Origin: Candidatus Peribacteria bacterium
GTDB lineage: Bacteria; Patescibacteriota; Gracilibacteria; Peribacterales; Peribacteraceae
DNA: 64,000 nucleotides
Direction: 5' to 3'
Assembly (NCBI GenBank): GCA_041691135.1
Contig: JBEPVF010000008.1
Location: forward strand, 8,529-72,528
In this document: piece by piece, positions 1 to 8,093 of the stretch
How positions within the stretch are numbered: position 1 is the first letter of the stretch
Layout of the letters: each line of letters opens with the position of its first letter
Position numbers and translations under genes: made by a program
The notes under the pieces: model-generated
Seen by the model: the letters and a program-made list of their open reading frames with translations, nothing else
What the model was told of the DNA's origin: nothing
The model's database searches: none

Positions 1-702
1 CTCAAACCGGAGCAGATTCCAGCTATACCGTTCTCCAAAGAAGACCTACAACGAGCCAAGGAACTTGGAGACAGTCTCCGTCTGCGGGTGAGTAAAGCGC
101 CGGGTAACGGCAACTTGAGCATGGAGAAGATGCAGGAACTGTTGCAGCCAACCTTCGACCAAAAGAACGAAGGAAAGGTTTTGTATGATACCGACTGGTA
201 CGAGGGTGAGGACTTCTTCAAGGAAGCCCCTGAACTCTGCTGGGTGCTTACATCGGATGGAATCATTCCGGATTCCGAAGACAAAGATTATCTCCAGCAG
301 ACGGAACATATTGCCGAGTACCTTCGTGAGACGGTTTATAAGGGCAAAAAACTTCCGCAGCAATACAGCGATGCAATCAAGGAAATGGAAACTCAGAAAG
401 ATGAGATCCGTCGCCTTATCGATGCTAATGACTGGCAGAAAGCAGCTGAAAAACTTGCGAATCTTACACTCAACAAACTCACGCGCCGCGTCCCTGTTGA
501 AGTGCTCTATGACATGCTTGTGACATTCCAGAATGGTGATAAGCGCCATCTGGAAGATTTCTATGATTGGACAGGTGTCCGCAGCTCGGTCGGTCGCCTC
601 GTCCACGTCGGCCCCTTCGATCCGGACGGCGTGGGCGTCGACGACTGGTCTCCGAGCGGCTCGGATGACGCTCTCGGGGTTGTCCTCGCTCGGAAGTTCT
701 GA
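1..702 (+). CDS. DGR target protein (5'-truncated by window edge), C-terminal variable region, probable CLec-like fold
   Basis: Frame 1 is open from base 1 (LKPEQIPAIPFSKEDLQRAKELG...) to TGA 700-702. The last 40 codons match the TR at 1115-1234 with A-specific changes. Confidence 0.9.
   Translation, partial: LKPEQIPAIPFSKEDLQRAKELGDSLRLRVSKAPGNGNLSMEKMQELLQPTFDQKNEGKVLYDTDWYEGEDFFKEAPELCWVLTSDGIIPDSEDKDYLQQTEHIAEYLRETVYKGKKLPQQYSDAIKEMETQKDEIRRLIDANDWQKAAEKLANLTLNKLTRRVPVEVLYDMLVTFQNGDKRHLEDFYDWTGVRSSVGRLVHVGPFDPDGVGVDDWSPSGSDDALGVVLARKF
580..699 (+). repeat. DGR variable repeat (VR)
   Basis: 120-nt ungapped match to 1115-1234. 18 mismatches lie opposite TR adenines; one non-A mismatch (AAG vs AAC) lies near the 3' end. 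Confidence 0.96.
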
Positions 703-1114
703 GCCTTGAGGTCTTGAAAGCTTGATCCTCCTTGAATCCTTTACTCTTGAAGCATCCGCTACAGGCGATTTTGTCGGATTTTGCACTGGATGCTGGCTTC
801 ATTTGCATCATAGGATGCATTTGCGGCCCGTTCTTGCAGTCAGGGTTACGGCTCTGGCTCACGGTACGCCTCATCTCTGCTACCACTGAAGCGGTCAGCG
901 TAGGTGGAAACTCACCAGAATACCGTGCCTCTACGGAGCACAGTAGCGAGTGGGCTTAGATGTGAAGGAACTTCTTGCTCATTCTCAGACTCGGTATCGT
1001 TTCCCAAGATGATTGCGGGCGAATCAAATTCAGGGGAAAGAGGATATAGCCCAGTGTTTTTTGTTTGGCTGGGGGTAAACCTCGATCTCCGGTGTCTCGG
1101 ACGGGAGTGAGCAA

Positions 1115-1234
1115 CACAGCTCGGACGGTAACCTCGTCAACGTCGGCAACTTCGATCCGGACGGCGTGAACGTCAACAACTGGAATCCGAACAACTCGAA
1201 TGACGATCTCGGGGTTGTCCTCGCTCGGAACTTC
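1115..1234 (+). repeat. DGR template repeat (TR)
   Basis: AAC/AAT-rich copy of the VR (cac agc tcg gac ggt aac ctc gtc aac ... cgg aac ttc). No adenine occurs at third codon positions in the VR frame. Confidence 0.96.
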
Positions 1235-1242
1235 CTTCTCGG

Positions 1243-1281
1243 TAATCCAGGGGACTCTCGCCTTCAGAGTCCCTTGGGTTA
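1243..1281 (+). other. 16-bp hairpin immediately 3' of TR (DGR spacer structure/terminator candidate)
   Basis: taatccaggggactct-cgccttc-agagtcccttgggtta. The two imperfect pairs are G-U wobbles only on the + strand. Confidence 0.7.
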
Positions 1282-1629
1282 TCCCTCGCGTGTCGATTTG
1301 ATCCATCCGCCGAGCATGCGTCCAATCTCATCAATCATTTCCTGAATGAGAGCGTACTTCTTCAGGTCGATGGCCTTTACGTCCTTGGCGAGACGAAGGA
1401 AGACACGGAGAACATTGAGCTTAAGGCTGACGCGCTCAAGCGGTTCCAGTTTCTGTGCTTTGCGTACTTGGCTGGCAAGAATGATGCCTTCCAATACCTC
1501 CAGCACGAGATTCTCGCAGCGAGGCCAGAGCGCAGTGCGATCTTGTTTGGAAATAGATGCCCGAAACTCATAGAGCTTCTTGGTTAGTTCGTAGGCCTTC
1601 TTGAAAATTGGGATATCTAATTCTTCCAT
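1279..1629 (-). CDS. avd: DGR accessory variability determinant Avd (four-helix bundle), antisense to TR/RT
   Basis: MEELDIPIFKKAYEL...LNVLRVFLRLAKDVKAIDLKKY...IDEIGRMLGGWIK matches bAvd hallmarks. It lies between TR and RT. Confidence 0.9.
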   Translation of the reverse strand: MEELDIPIFKKAYELTKKLYEFRASISKQDRTALWPRCENLVLEVLEGIILASQVRKAQKLEPLERVSLKLNVLRVFLRLAKDVKAIDLKKYALIQEMIDEIGRMLGGWIKSTREG

Positions 1630-1642
1630 AACGACATAAAGC

Positions 1643-2692
1643 ATGAAAGTACACAAGCATATCTTCGAGCGGATCATTACGCCAGAGAACTTATTCCAAG
1701 CTTGGGAGGAGTTCCGCAGAGGCAAGGGATCTCGAAAAGACGTACAGGCGTTCGAGTGGCAGCTTGAACAGAACATCCTGTCTCTTTGTCGGGATCTGCG
1801 TAGCCGGACGTACAGACATGGGGAATATTCGGCTTTTTCGATCTGTGATCCGAAGCAGCGCCGGATACATAAAGCGGCTGTACGTGATCGCATACTTCAT
1901 CACGCAATTTTTAAGGTGTTGAATCCCATCTTCGAGCCGACGTTTATTGCACATTCCTATTCCTGTCGTGAGGGGAAAGGAACACACAAGGCAGTTGATA
2001 CATTGGAAACGTGGCTGCGAAAAGTCAGCCAAAATTGTAGGGTGCCGTGTTTTGCTCTCAAGTGTGACATCCAACAATTCTTCGCCTCAGTCGATCATGC
2101 AATCCTGCTCTCGATCCTTGATCGGAAGATCAAAGACCCTGATGCGATGTGGCTGCTGAAGGAGGTAGTGGAGAGTTTCTCCACGCCTGTGCAAGAAAAT
2201 GAACGTCCCAAAGGTATTCCTATCGGCAATCTCACTTCGCAGTTATTTGCGAACGTGTACTTGAACGAGTTCGATCAATTCATGAAGCAAAAACTACGCA
2301 TCCGTCACTACGTTCGGTACACAGATGATTTTGTGATCGTGAGTTCAGACAAGTCTGCATTGGAGAATCTGATTCCAGTCATGCAGGAATTTCTCAGTGA
2401 AACTATGTTTCTCAAACTGCATCCTCGAAAAATCATCCTTCGCAAATTCGGTCAGGGCATCGACTTCCTCGGATATGTCATCCTGCCTCACTATCGTGTA
2501 CTTCGGACTCGGACAAAACAGCGAATGTTTCGGAAACTCAAGCTCCGAGTGGTTAGCTTTAAGACTGGTAAGGGTAGCGAGTCGTCTGTTGAGTGTTCAC
2601 TCCAGTCCTATCTTGGCGTTCTATCGCATGCGAATACTGAACAGCTCACTGAGGAGTTGAAAAACCAATGCTGGTTTTGGATGTGCGAATAG
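1643..2692 (+). CDS. DGR reverse transcriptase
   Basis: RT motifs PKQRRI, RDRILHHA, GKGTH, KCDIQQFF, GIPIGNLTSQLFAN, YVRYTDD and GIDFLGY. 349 aa with no maturase or endonuclease domain. Confidence 0.95.
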   Translation: MKVHKHIFERIITPENLFQAWEEFRRGKGSRKDVQAFEWQLEQNILSLCRDLRSRTYRHGEYSAFSICDPKQRRIHKAAVRDRILHHAIFKVLNPIFEPTFIAHSYSCREGKGTHKAVDTLETWLRKVSQNCRVPCFALKCDIQQFFASVDHAILLSILDRKIKDPDAMWLLKEVVESFSTPVQENERPKGIPIGNLTSQLFANVYLNEFDQFMKQKLRIRHYVRYTDDFVIVSSDKSALENLIPVMQEFLSETMFLKLHPRKIILRKFGQGIDFLGYVILPHYRVLRTRTKQRMFRKLKLRVVSFKTGKGSESSVECSLQSYLGVLSHANTEQLTEELKNQCWFWMCE

Positions 2693-2796
2693 CATCAAGT
2701 CCTTAAAGCATCCACTCTTAATGGCTTTCTATGCGTCAAGTTGACGTTACAAAAGCGACCAAAAACGTTACGATGGACTGCAATCCGCCCCTTTGA

Positions 2797-4251
2797 ATGC
2801 TCACAAAATCCGACTATCTCCGGTACCTCGAATGTCCCATCCATCTTTGGATACACAAGCATCGATCCCATGAGGTCGGTCATCATATTGATCCTCAACT
2901 TCAGTGGATCTTCGAGCAGGGGGACAGAGTGGAAGCATACGCACGTAGCCTCTTTCCCGATGCCGAGATAGTCAGCGGCCACTCGCAAAAATCTGAGGAG
3001 CAGACTAAGGCATTAATTGAGTCAGGGGTTACAGACATATTCCAAGCGACGGCGATTGCGGATGGATTGCTCGCTATGGCTGACGTTTTCCAGCTCGATC
3101 CTGAAACGCAGGAATGGAATTTGTATGAAGTGAAAAGTACGAGTGAACTCCAAGATGGGCATCTACATGATGTGTGTTTTCAGATGATTGCCTTTAAGAA
3201 AGCGGGATACACCATGGGCAAGCTTCATCTCATCCACATCAATCCCAATTACGTAAGACGCGGAGAGATAGATGCACGTTCCTTGTTGGTCATTGAAGAC
3301 ATCACGGAACAGGTCTATTCCTTGGAAGCGGAGGTGCTTGTCCAGATTGCTGCTGCGAAACAGGTTGAAGCATCAGCTGACATGCCATCGTGTGACGGCT
3401 GTACGTGCTCACCCAAGGACTGCTTTTGCCATCACTATTGCTACCCCGATCTTCCGGATTACTCTGTCTTTCAACTCAGTCGTATCAAGGTAAAACAGGC
3501 CCGTGATCTCTATCGCAAAGGAATTCGTAATCTTCTCGAGATTCCTCCGGACTTCAAGCTCACAGCAGCGCAAGCACTACAGTTGCAAGTCGTCCGCACT
3601 GGAAAACCCGTCATCGATACGAGGAGCATCAGCACTATCCTGAATACGACGAAATACCCCCTCGCTTTTCTCGACTACGAAACGTTCTTTCCGGCTGTGC
3701 CACTCTTTGACGGATACAAGCCCTATCAACAGATGGTTTTTCAGTACTCGCTTCACGTCTTGTTGGAAGATGGAACGCTACAGCATTCTGAATGTCTTGT
3801 GCGAACTCTTGTCGATCCTGTGTCAGAGATCCTTCGTACTCTACGGTCCCAGCTTCCTGAAAATGGAACGGTTGTGGTGTGGAACAAGGGGTTTGAGATG
3901 GGGAGGAACGAAGAAATGGCCGCGCTCTTGCCCGATCAGGCGGTTTTCCTTCGTTCGCTCAATAGCAGGGTCTTCGATCTCATGGAAATCTTCAGCAAAC
4001 ACCACTATGTACACCCCGATTTCCGGGGAAGTTACTCGATTAAAAAAGTCTTACCCGTTCTAGTGCCATCTCTGTCTTATAAGGATCTGGAAATTCAAGA
4101 AGGCGGAACAGCCTCACTGACGTGGTATCGGATGCTTACCGATGGACGCAGTGAGGTCGAGAAGCTGAAGACGCGTGAGGCCATGCTCGCATATTGTAAA
4201 CTTGATACGTTGGCGATGGTCGAAGTTTTTCGATGTTTGAAGGCTTTGTAG
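2797..4251 (+). CDS. DUF2779-containing putative nuclease (N-terminal PD-(D/E)XK/Cas4-like, Cys cluster, C-terminal RNase H-like)
   Basis: LTKSDYLRYLECP, ADVF...LYEVKS, CDGCTCSPKDCFCHHYC, FLDYETF, PYQQMVFQYSLH, SIKKVLP and YCKLDT motifs. Confidence 0.75.
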   Translation: MLTKSDYLRYLECPIHLWIHKHRSHEVGHHIDPQLQWIFEQGDRVEAYARSLFPDAEIVSGHSQKSEEQTKALIESGVTDIFQATAIADGLLAMADVFQLDPETQEWNLYEVKSTSELQDGHLHDVCFQMIAFKKAGYTMGKLHLIHINPNYVRRGEIDARSLLVIEDITEQVYSLEAEVLVQIAAAKQVEASADMPSCDGCTCSPKDCFCHHYCYPDLPDYSVFQLSRIKVKQARDLYRKGIRNLLEIPPDFKLTAAQALQLQVVRTGKPVIDTRSISTILNTTKYPLAFLDYETFFPAVPLFDGYKPYQQMVFQYSLHVLLEDGTLQHSECLVRTLVDPVSEILRTLRSQLPENGTVVVWNKGFEMGRNEEMAALLPDQAVFLRSLNSRVFDLMEIFSKHHYVHPDFRGSYSIKKVLPVLVPSLSYKDLEIQEGGTASLTWYRMLTDGRSEVEKLKTREAMLAYCKLDTLAMVEVFRCLKAL

Positions 4252-4279
4252 AGGTGATACATTCAAATCTCTTATTTAT

Positions 4280-4832
4280 AGTTCCACCGCAAAACCCCCT
4301 CCGTCAGGAGGGGGGATGAAGTCGGTCCGGCGTCTTCCCGTCCCGTGGAATGGTAGGATTTCCCTATGCAGCAGATCTTCAGGAAGCAATCCAACTGCGT
4401 CTATCACTGCACCTATCATCTCATCCTCTGTACAAAGTACCGTCGGAAAATCTTCAATGACGGCGTCTTTGCGTATATGAAAGCCACCCTCAAAGAACTT
4501 CCCGCCCATTACCCTGAGATCGAGATCCTCGAGATCAATCACGATCAGGACCACATCCATCTCCTTCTCTGGATTCCGCCTAAAATGGCCATCGGAAAGG
4601 TAGTTTCTATCCTTAAATCCAACACCGCCCGCCATCTCAAGAAGAAGTTCCCTTTTCTCAAAGAGGTCTACTGGGGAACGGAAGGCATCTGGTCAGACAG
4701 CTACTTCGTCTCCACCGTGGGCATCAATGAAGACGTCATCCGGAGGTACATCGAACACCAGGGGAGGGAGGACGCCGGACAGCATCAGCTGAAACTCGTG
4801 TAAGCCACCACCGTCAGGTGGTGGTAGTTCAC
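4280..4832 (+). mobile_element. IS200/IS605-family insertion sequence, tnpA only (ends approximate)
   Basis: Subterminal hairpins ccccctcc-GTCA-ggaggggg (4295-4314) and ccaccacc-GTCA-ggtggtgg (4805-4824) flank a Y1 transposase. The right end reads TTCAC. Confidence 0.85.
4366..4803 (+). CDS. tnpA: IS200/IS605 Y1 (HUH) transposase
   Basis: YHLILCTKYRRKIF, DHIH (HUH), WSDSYFVSTVG and YIEHQ motifs. Confidence 0.95.
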   Translation: MQQIFRKQSNCVYHCTYHLILCTKYRRKIFNDGVFAYMKATLKELPAHYPEIEILEINHDQDHIHLLLWIPPKMAIGKVVSILKSNTARHLKKKFPFLKEVYWGTEGIWSDSYFVSTVGINEDVIRRYIEHQGREDAGQHQLKLV

Positions 4833-4849
4833 ACGAATTTCCGTAATAG

Positions 4850-5053
4850 TTGTCGTGTCATAGAACAAATAACCGACAGACGCATGCACGCATTGCCCTG
4901 ACGAGAACGGCTGCGAAGTACTTCAAGACGTCCCGTAAAACCTATTTCAAAACGGTCGACCCGATGTTCGGCAAGCTCAAGAATCAGGAAGTACGGCAAT
5001 TGGTCAGTCTGCTTCACACAATCGATGTTGCCGCTGTCAGGTCACTGATATAG
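4850..5053 (+). pseudogene. Possible C-terminal fragment of a MarR-like regulator adjacent to the IS
   Basis: TDRR in one frame is followed by RIALTRTAAKYF...LKNQEVRQLVSLL in another, resembling a MarR wing and final helices. Weak. Confidence 0.25.
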
Positions 5054-5064
5054 CCCAAGACGGT

Positions 5065-5559
5065 TCATTCGTGCGGGAATGTATACAGGATGCCAAAGAC
5101 ATCATTGACCAAACGAAGAGGGTACTGACACAAGAGACACCACGAATAACCTCTGATCTTCGCAACGACATCAGGGGGGACTGTCATTTTTGAATATACG
5201 ACCAAGGGCACTTTTGCAGCCTGCACACGCTTCAAAATTTCATCGAAGTGCTGCATGCCTTCCCCGTATGCCACTATCACAAGACCATGATCCGTGATCC
5301 GATCCGCCATTTGGAAATTACTGCACGGCTGTTCCTCAACATTAAAGAAGCTGATGTCGCGGAGCATCTGGGTTTCTATTTCCATATCCATCCCCTCACA
5401 TTTGAAAATCATGATGGGTCGCTTTGCATTTCGGAAGAGCCGGATTTCTTTGCTGTAGATGAAGCGCAAGATGGTATACAGAGCTATCGCTCCAACTGCA
5501 CCTCCAATCAAAGCCGAGATCAGCGTTTGTATATTGAAGATGAAATTTAAAATATCCAT
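5065..5559 (-). CDS. Putative CBASS effector: N-terminal TM helix plus small alpha/beta domain
   Basis: Last gene of the cdnC-HORMA-Trip13 operon (6-bp gap). Residues ~10-34 are hydrophobic. No NucC nuclease motifs were recognised. Confidence 0.6.
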   Translation of the reverse strand: MDILNFIFNIQTLISALIGGAVGAIALYTILRFIYSKEIRLFRNAKRPIMIFKCEGMDMEIETQMLRDISFFNVEEQPCSNFQMADRITDHGLVIVAYGEGMQHFDEILKRVQAAKVPLVVYSKMTVPPDVVAKIRGYSWCLLCQYPLRLVNDVFGILYTFPHE

Positions 5560-5565
5560 AGTGTT

Positions 5566-6507
5566 TTAGTGTAGCAGGGAATGGGAAGAAGCTTCTGCCT
5601 CTTTGAAGGGAGGCGTAGGTACGAATGCCTCAACGATCGCCTCTGCATGCTTGAAGGAAACACGGTGATCTGGGATTGCATCAAAAAGGATAGTCGGGAG
5701 AAGACGCTGGATTATGTCCGAGAACGTGCAGCCATATCCGTCTTCCCCATGGGAGGTCTTCTTGGCGAGTGTGCCAATCTGTGCTTGTGTGATCCCGGTT
5801 TCAGCGAGGTATTTGCCGAGAATATAAGCGCATTGCTCTTGATTGGGTCTTCCGAATTCAAAAACCTCAGCAGCCCGGCGCTTGATGGCGGGATCGAGTG
5901 CGCCAACGCGGTTCGTGCACATCACCACGATCACTGGTAGTCCTGCACCCATGAGGCTATCGATGCCCCGGATGAGCGCGTTCACACCAGCCCTATCCTC
6001 GTGGTGCATCTGATCCGCCTCGCGTGACTGAGCCAGCGCGTCTGCCTCGTCGATCAGGAGCACAATCGCAGAGGACGGCTTCTTGCCGCTCGACAAACCT
6101 TTTTTCGCTGCTTCTCTCACCTTCTGGAATGCATTTGTAATCAAGGTTGTCATCTGGCCGACTGCTCCGATGCCTCTTGCCGTGAGGCTTAATCGGTATA
6201 GGCGAACAATTATCTCTTCCTGCCGCGCGATAGGATCGGCGAAACTCTCGGCGAGGGCTGTCTTTCCAGCTCCCACGTCTCCAGCGAAGACAAAGAGAGG
6301 TGAGCGACTGCGGATGAGTTCGACAATAGGTAGGACGCGGCGATGGTGCTTTTCGCTCCATTCGTTCAGCAGGTGGGGATTGAACATGATGCGGGTTTCT
6401 TTCAGCAAACGATCCTTCATTTCATCGAGTCCGACCAGCGCTGCAAAACGCTTTGCAGCATCTTGGTTGGGGAATTCGATGGTTTCTTCAAAGATGTCTT
6501 GGTCCAT
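5566..6507 (-). CDS. cap6: CBASS Trip13/Pch2-like AAA+ ATPase (Cap6)
   Basis: Walker A GDVGAGKT, Walker B LLIDEAD, QMHHEDRAGVNALI and LDPAIKRR. Directly follows the HORMA gene. Confidence 0.9.
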   Translation of the reverse strand: MDQDIFEETIEFPNQDAAKRFAALVGLDEMKDRLLKETRIMFNPHLLNEWSEKHHRRVLPIVELIRSRSPLFVFAGDVGAGKTALAESFADPIARQEEIIVRLYRLSLTARGIGAVGQMTTLITNAFQKVREAAKKGLSSGKKPSSAIVLLIDEADALAQSREADQMHHEDRAGVNALIRGIDSLMGAGLPVIVVMCTNRVGALDPAIKRRAAEVFEFGRPNQEQCAYILGKYLAETGITQAQIGTLAKKTSHGEDGYGCTFSDIIQRLLPTILFDAIPDHRVSFKHAEAIVEAFVPTPPFKEAEASSHSLLH

Positions 6508-6509
6508 GG

Positions 6510-7016
6510 TTAGAGGGGTTTCAGGGTGCGACGCAGGACTGCTCCGCCACCATTGGAATATGTTTTATCATAAGTCCATACGCCGTCTGCTCCGGGCTGC
6601 TCTGCGCCAGTGCGCTGGATGGGCAGCGCTGATTCGATTTTTGCCTGCTCGTAGGTGGTCAAGTCATCAAACTTTTGGTTCTTCGTCAGGAAGGACTTCC
6701 AAGTAGCACCGGCGATGTCTGCCCTTGCCGGTACGCGACCAGGAGAATCGTTTGTGAAGATGCTTCCCCATTGGGCGTTGTAACTCAATGCCGCCCCTCC
6801 GACCCAATTGCCGTTCCTCTGGAAGCCATACTCGACCGAATCAAGGTAGCCGTCCAACATAAGCAGGATGACTTCGTCAATGTACGTCGCTATCCGCTCG
6901 TCGTTGGGCTGTCCATAGAACCGCTGCATCTGGCGGAGATCGGCTGCCACCTTCGATGCGAGGTAGACGGCGTGGGTCCGGGTGAAGGTTGAGGTGGTCG
7001 TGAAGGTGGTAGTCAT
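6510..7016 (-). CDS. cap7: Bacterial HORMA-domain protein (Cap7/HORMA1)
   Basis: T-rich N-terminus MTTTFTTTSTFTRTHAVYLASKVAADL...YGQP and C-terminal closure-like tail DKTYSNGG. ATGA overlap with cdnC. Confidence 0.88.
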   Translation of the reverse strand: MTTTFTTTSTFTRTHAVYLASKVAADLRQMQRFYGQPNDERIATYIDEVILLMLDGYLDSVEYGFQRNGNWVGGAALSYNAQWGSIFTNDSPGRVPARADIAGATWKSFLTKNQKFDDLTTYEQAKIESALPIQRTGAEQPGADGVWTYDKTYSNGGGAVLRRTLKPL

Positions 7017-8011
7017 GCGTCTATGGTGAAAGAGGGGCCAAGAATAGATTGCCACTTCTCCAGCGCCCGGCCTTTCGTCGTGGCATGGTGAGCTTCCGCA
7101 AGTGCATCAAGCGCGTCGTATGCCGCATCCACGATCTTTTGACGTTCCAGATCGGTGTACCTACGAGCGATATTATTCTCCGGGTTCACAGGGTCGAAAA
7201 TCTGGATAGGTACGCTTTCGTCGGCTGGAAGTTCGCTCGCCTCGTAGTTGTCGGTGAAGTAGATGCGCTCCCGTAGTTCCGATTGAATGATGTAGGCGAA
7301 GAACTGCTCCAACGCCAAAGGATAGTTGCTCAGATCGATCAGGCTGTTATCGGCCAAGTGGGCACAGAGCAATTCGACCATGAAGGACTTGAATCGGAAC
7401 GAGTCGTCGTCTGCCCGCCTCTGCCGCACCCACCATTTTACGAGTCGGACGATCTGTCGGTAGTGCTTCGGGTATTCCTCCTTACGCTTCCGGATGAAGG
7501 CGAGGTGTAGGGGGATGCTCGTCAGGATGCGGTCACCAGTGTCCTTCGTGATAAGGTATCCCCGGTCCTCGCGGTCGTCTTCGTAAATGACCGGCACCAC
7601 ATCTACGTCCAGACCGCTTCCCCGAAAGGAGATGGTGACACAGTGCTGCTTTGGGATGATCTGGCTGGGGTCCAGATTCGAGTATGCCTCTCTCAGCCGT
7701 GCAACGAGCCATTCATGAAGTCGCTTTTCGTCGGCGGTTTCGTCCGAGGGGCGGATGTAGACCGCGACGTCCATGTCGTTGATGGTCTTCAAGGCCGTCC
7801 CCTTCGCGATGCTTCCCGCATGCAACATCTTTACGAGATCGTAATCGGGGTGATCGTAGATATAGTTTTCGAGCTTCTCGCGGAGCCGGTCGACCTGCTC
7901 TCGCAGTTCGGCGACGTCTTCCCGTTTCAGGTTCACCTGCCTGTCGGCGAAGGTGACAATGTGGCCGTGCTGCACGAATGGTGCAGCCAAAACGCTTGAG
8001 GTTGATGACAT
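7013..8011 (-). CDS. cdnC: CBASS cGAS/DncV-like nucleotidyltransferase, CdnC-like
   Basis: FADRQVNL, GSIAKGTALKTINDMDVAVY, SGLDVDVVP, VRLVKWW, FKSFMVEL and DPVNPENN motifs. Recalled similarity to E. coli CdnC. Confidence 0.92.
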   Translation of the reverse strand: MSSTSSVLAAPFVQHGHIVTFADRQVNLKREDVAELREQVDRLREKLENYIYDHPDYDLVKMLHAGSIAKGTALKTINDMDVAVYIRPSDETADEKRLHEWLVARLREAYSNLDPSQIIPKQHCVTISFRGSGLDVDVVPVIYEDDREDRGYLITKDTGDRILTSIPLHLAFIRKRKEEYPKHYRQIVRLVKWWVRQRRADDDSFRFKSFMVELLCAHLADNSLIDLSNYPLALEQFFAYIIQSELRERIYFTDNYEASELPADESVPIQIFDPVNPENNIARRYTDLERQKIVDAAYDALDALAEAHHATTKGRALEKWQSILGPSFTIDA

Positions 8012-8093
8012 AATTCTGACCGAGGGTACAGAAATCCTGTATGAAGTCAATAACGTCTTGCAAACCTGTATGGGCGCGGCTACAGTAAGCCCA
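8012..8093. promoter_or_regulatory. Divergent promoters with TACAG/CTGTA half-site operators
   Basis: + strand TTGCAA(8058)-17-TACAGT(8081); - strand TTGACT-16-TACCCT. TACAG-N5-CTGTA at 8027-8041 and CTGTA-N10-TACAG at 8066-8085. Confidence 0.55.

Noticed and set aside
46-1306. Minus-strand ORFs 46-786 and 956-1306 sharing similar peptides (apparent paralogues)
   Set aside because: They are antisense shadows of VR and TR; the similarity comes from the repeat.
1630-1893. N-terminal extension of the Avd ORF into the RT gene
   Set aside because: Avd similarity starts at MEELDIP (1629). The extension is antisense to conserved RT sequence.
1643-2692. RT as group II intron, retron or CRISPR-associated RT
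   Set aside because: It is short, lacks maturase/endonuclease domains and has the GNLTSQ motif. The adjacent Avd and A-specific TR/VR pair identify it as a DGR RT.
2797-4251. CRISPR-Cas locus (Cas4-like gene)
   Set aside because: No cas1/cas2 and no direct-repeat/spacer array anywhere in the window.
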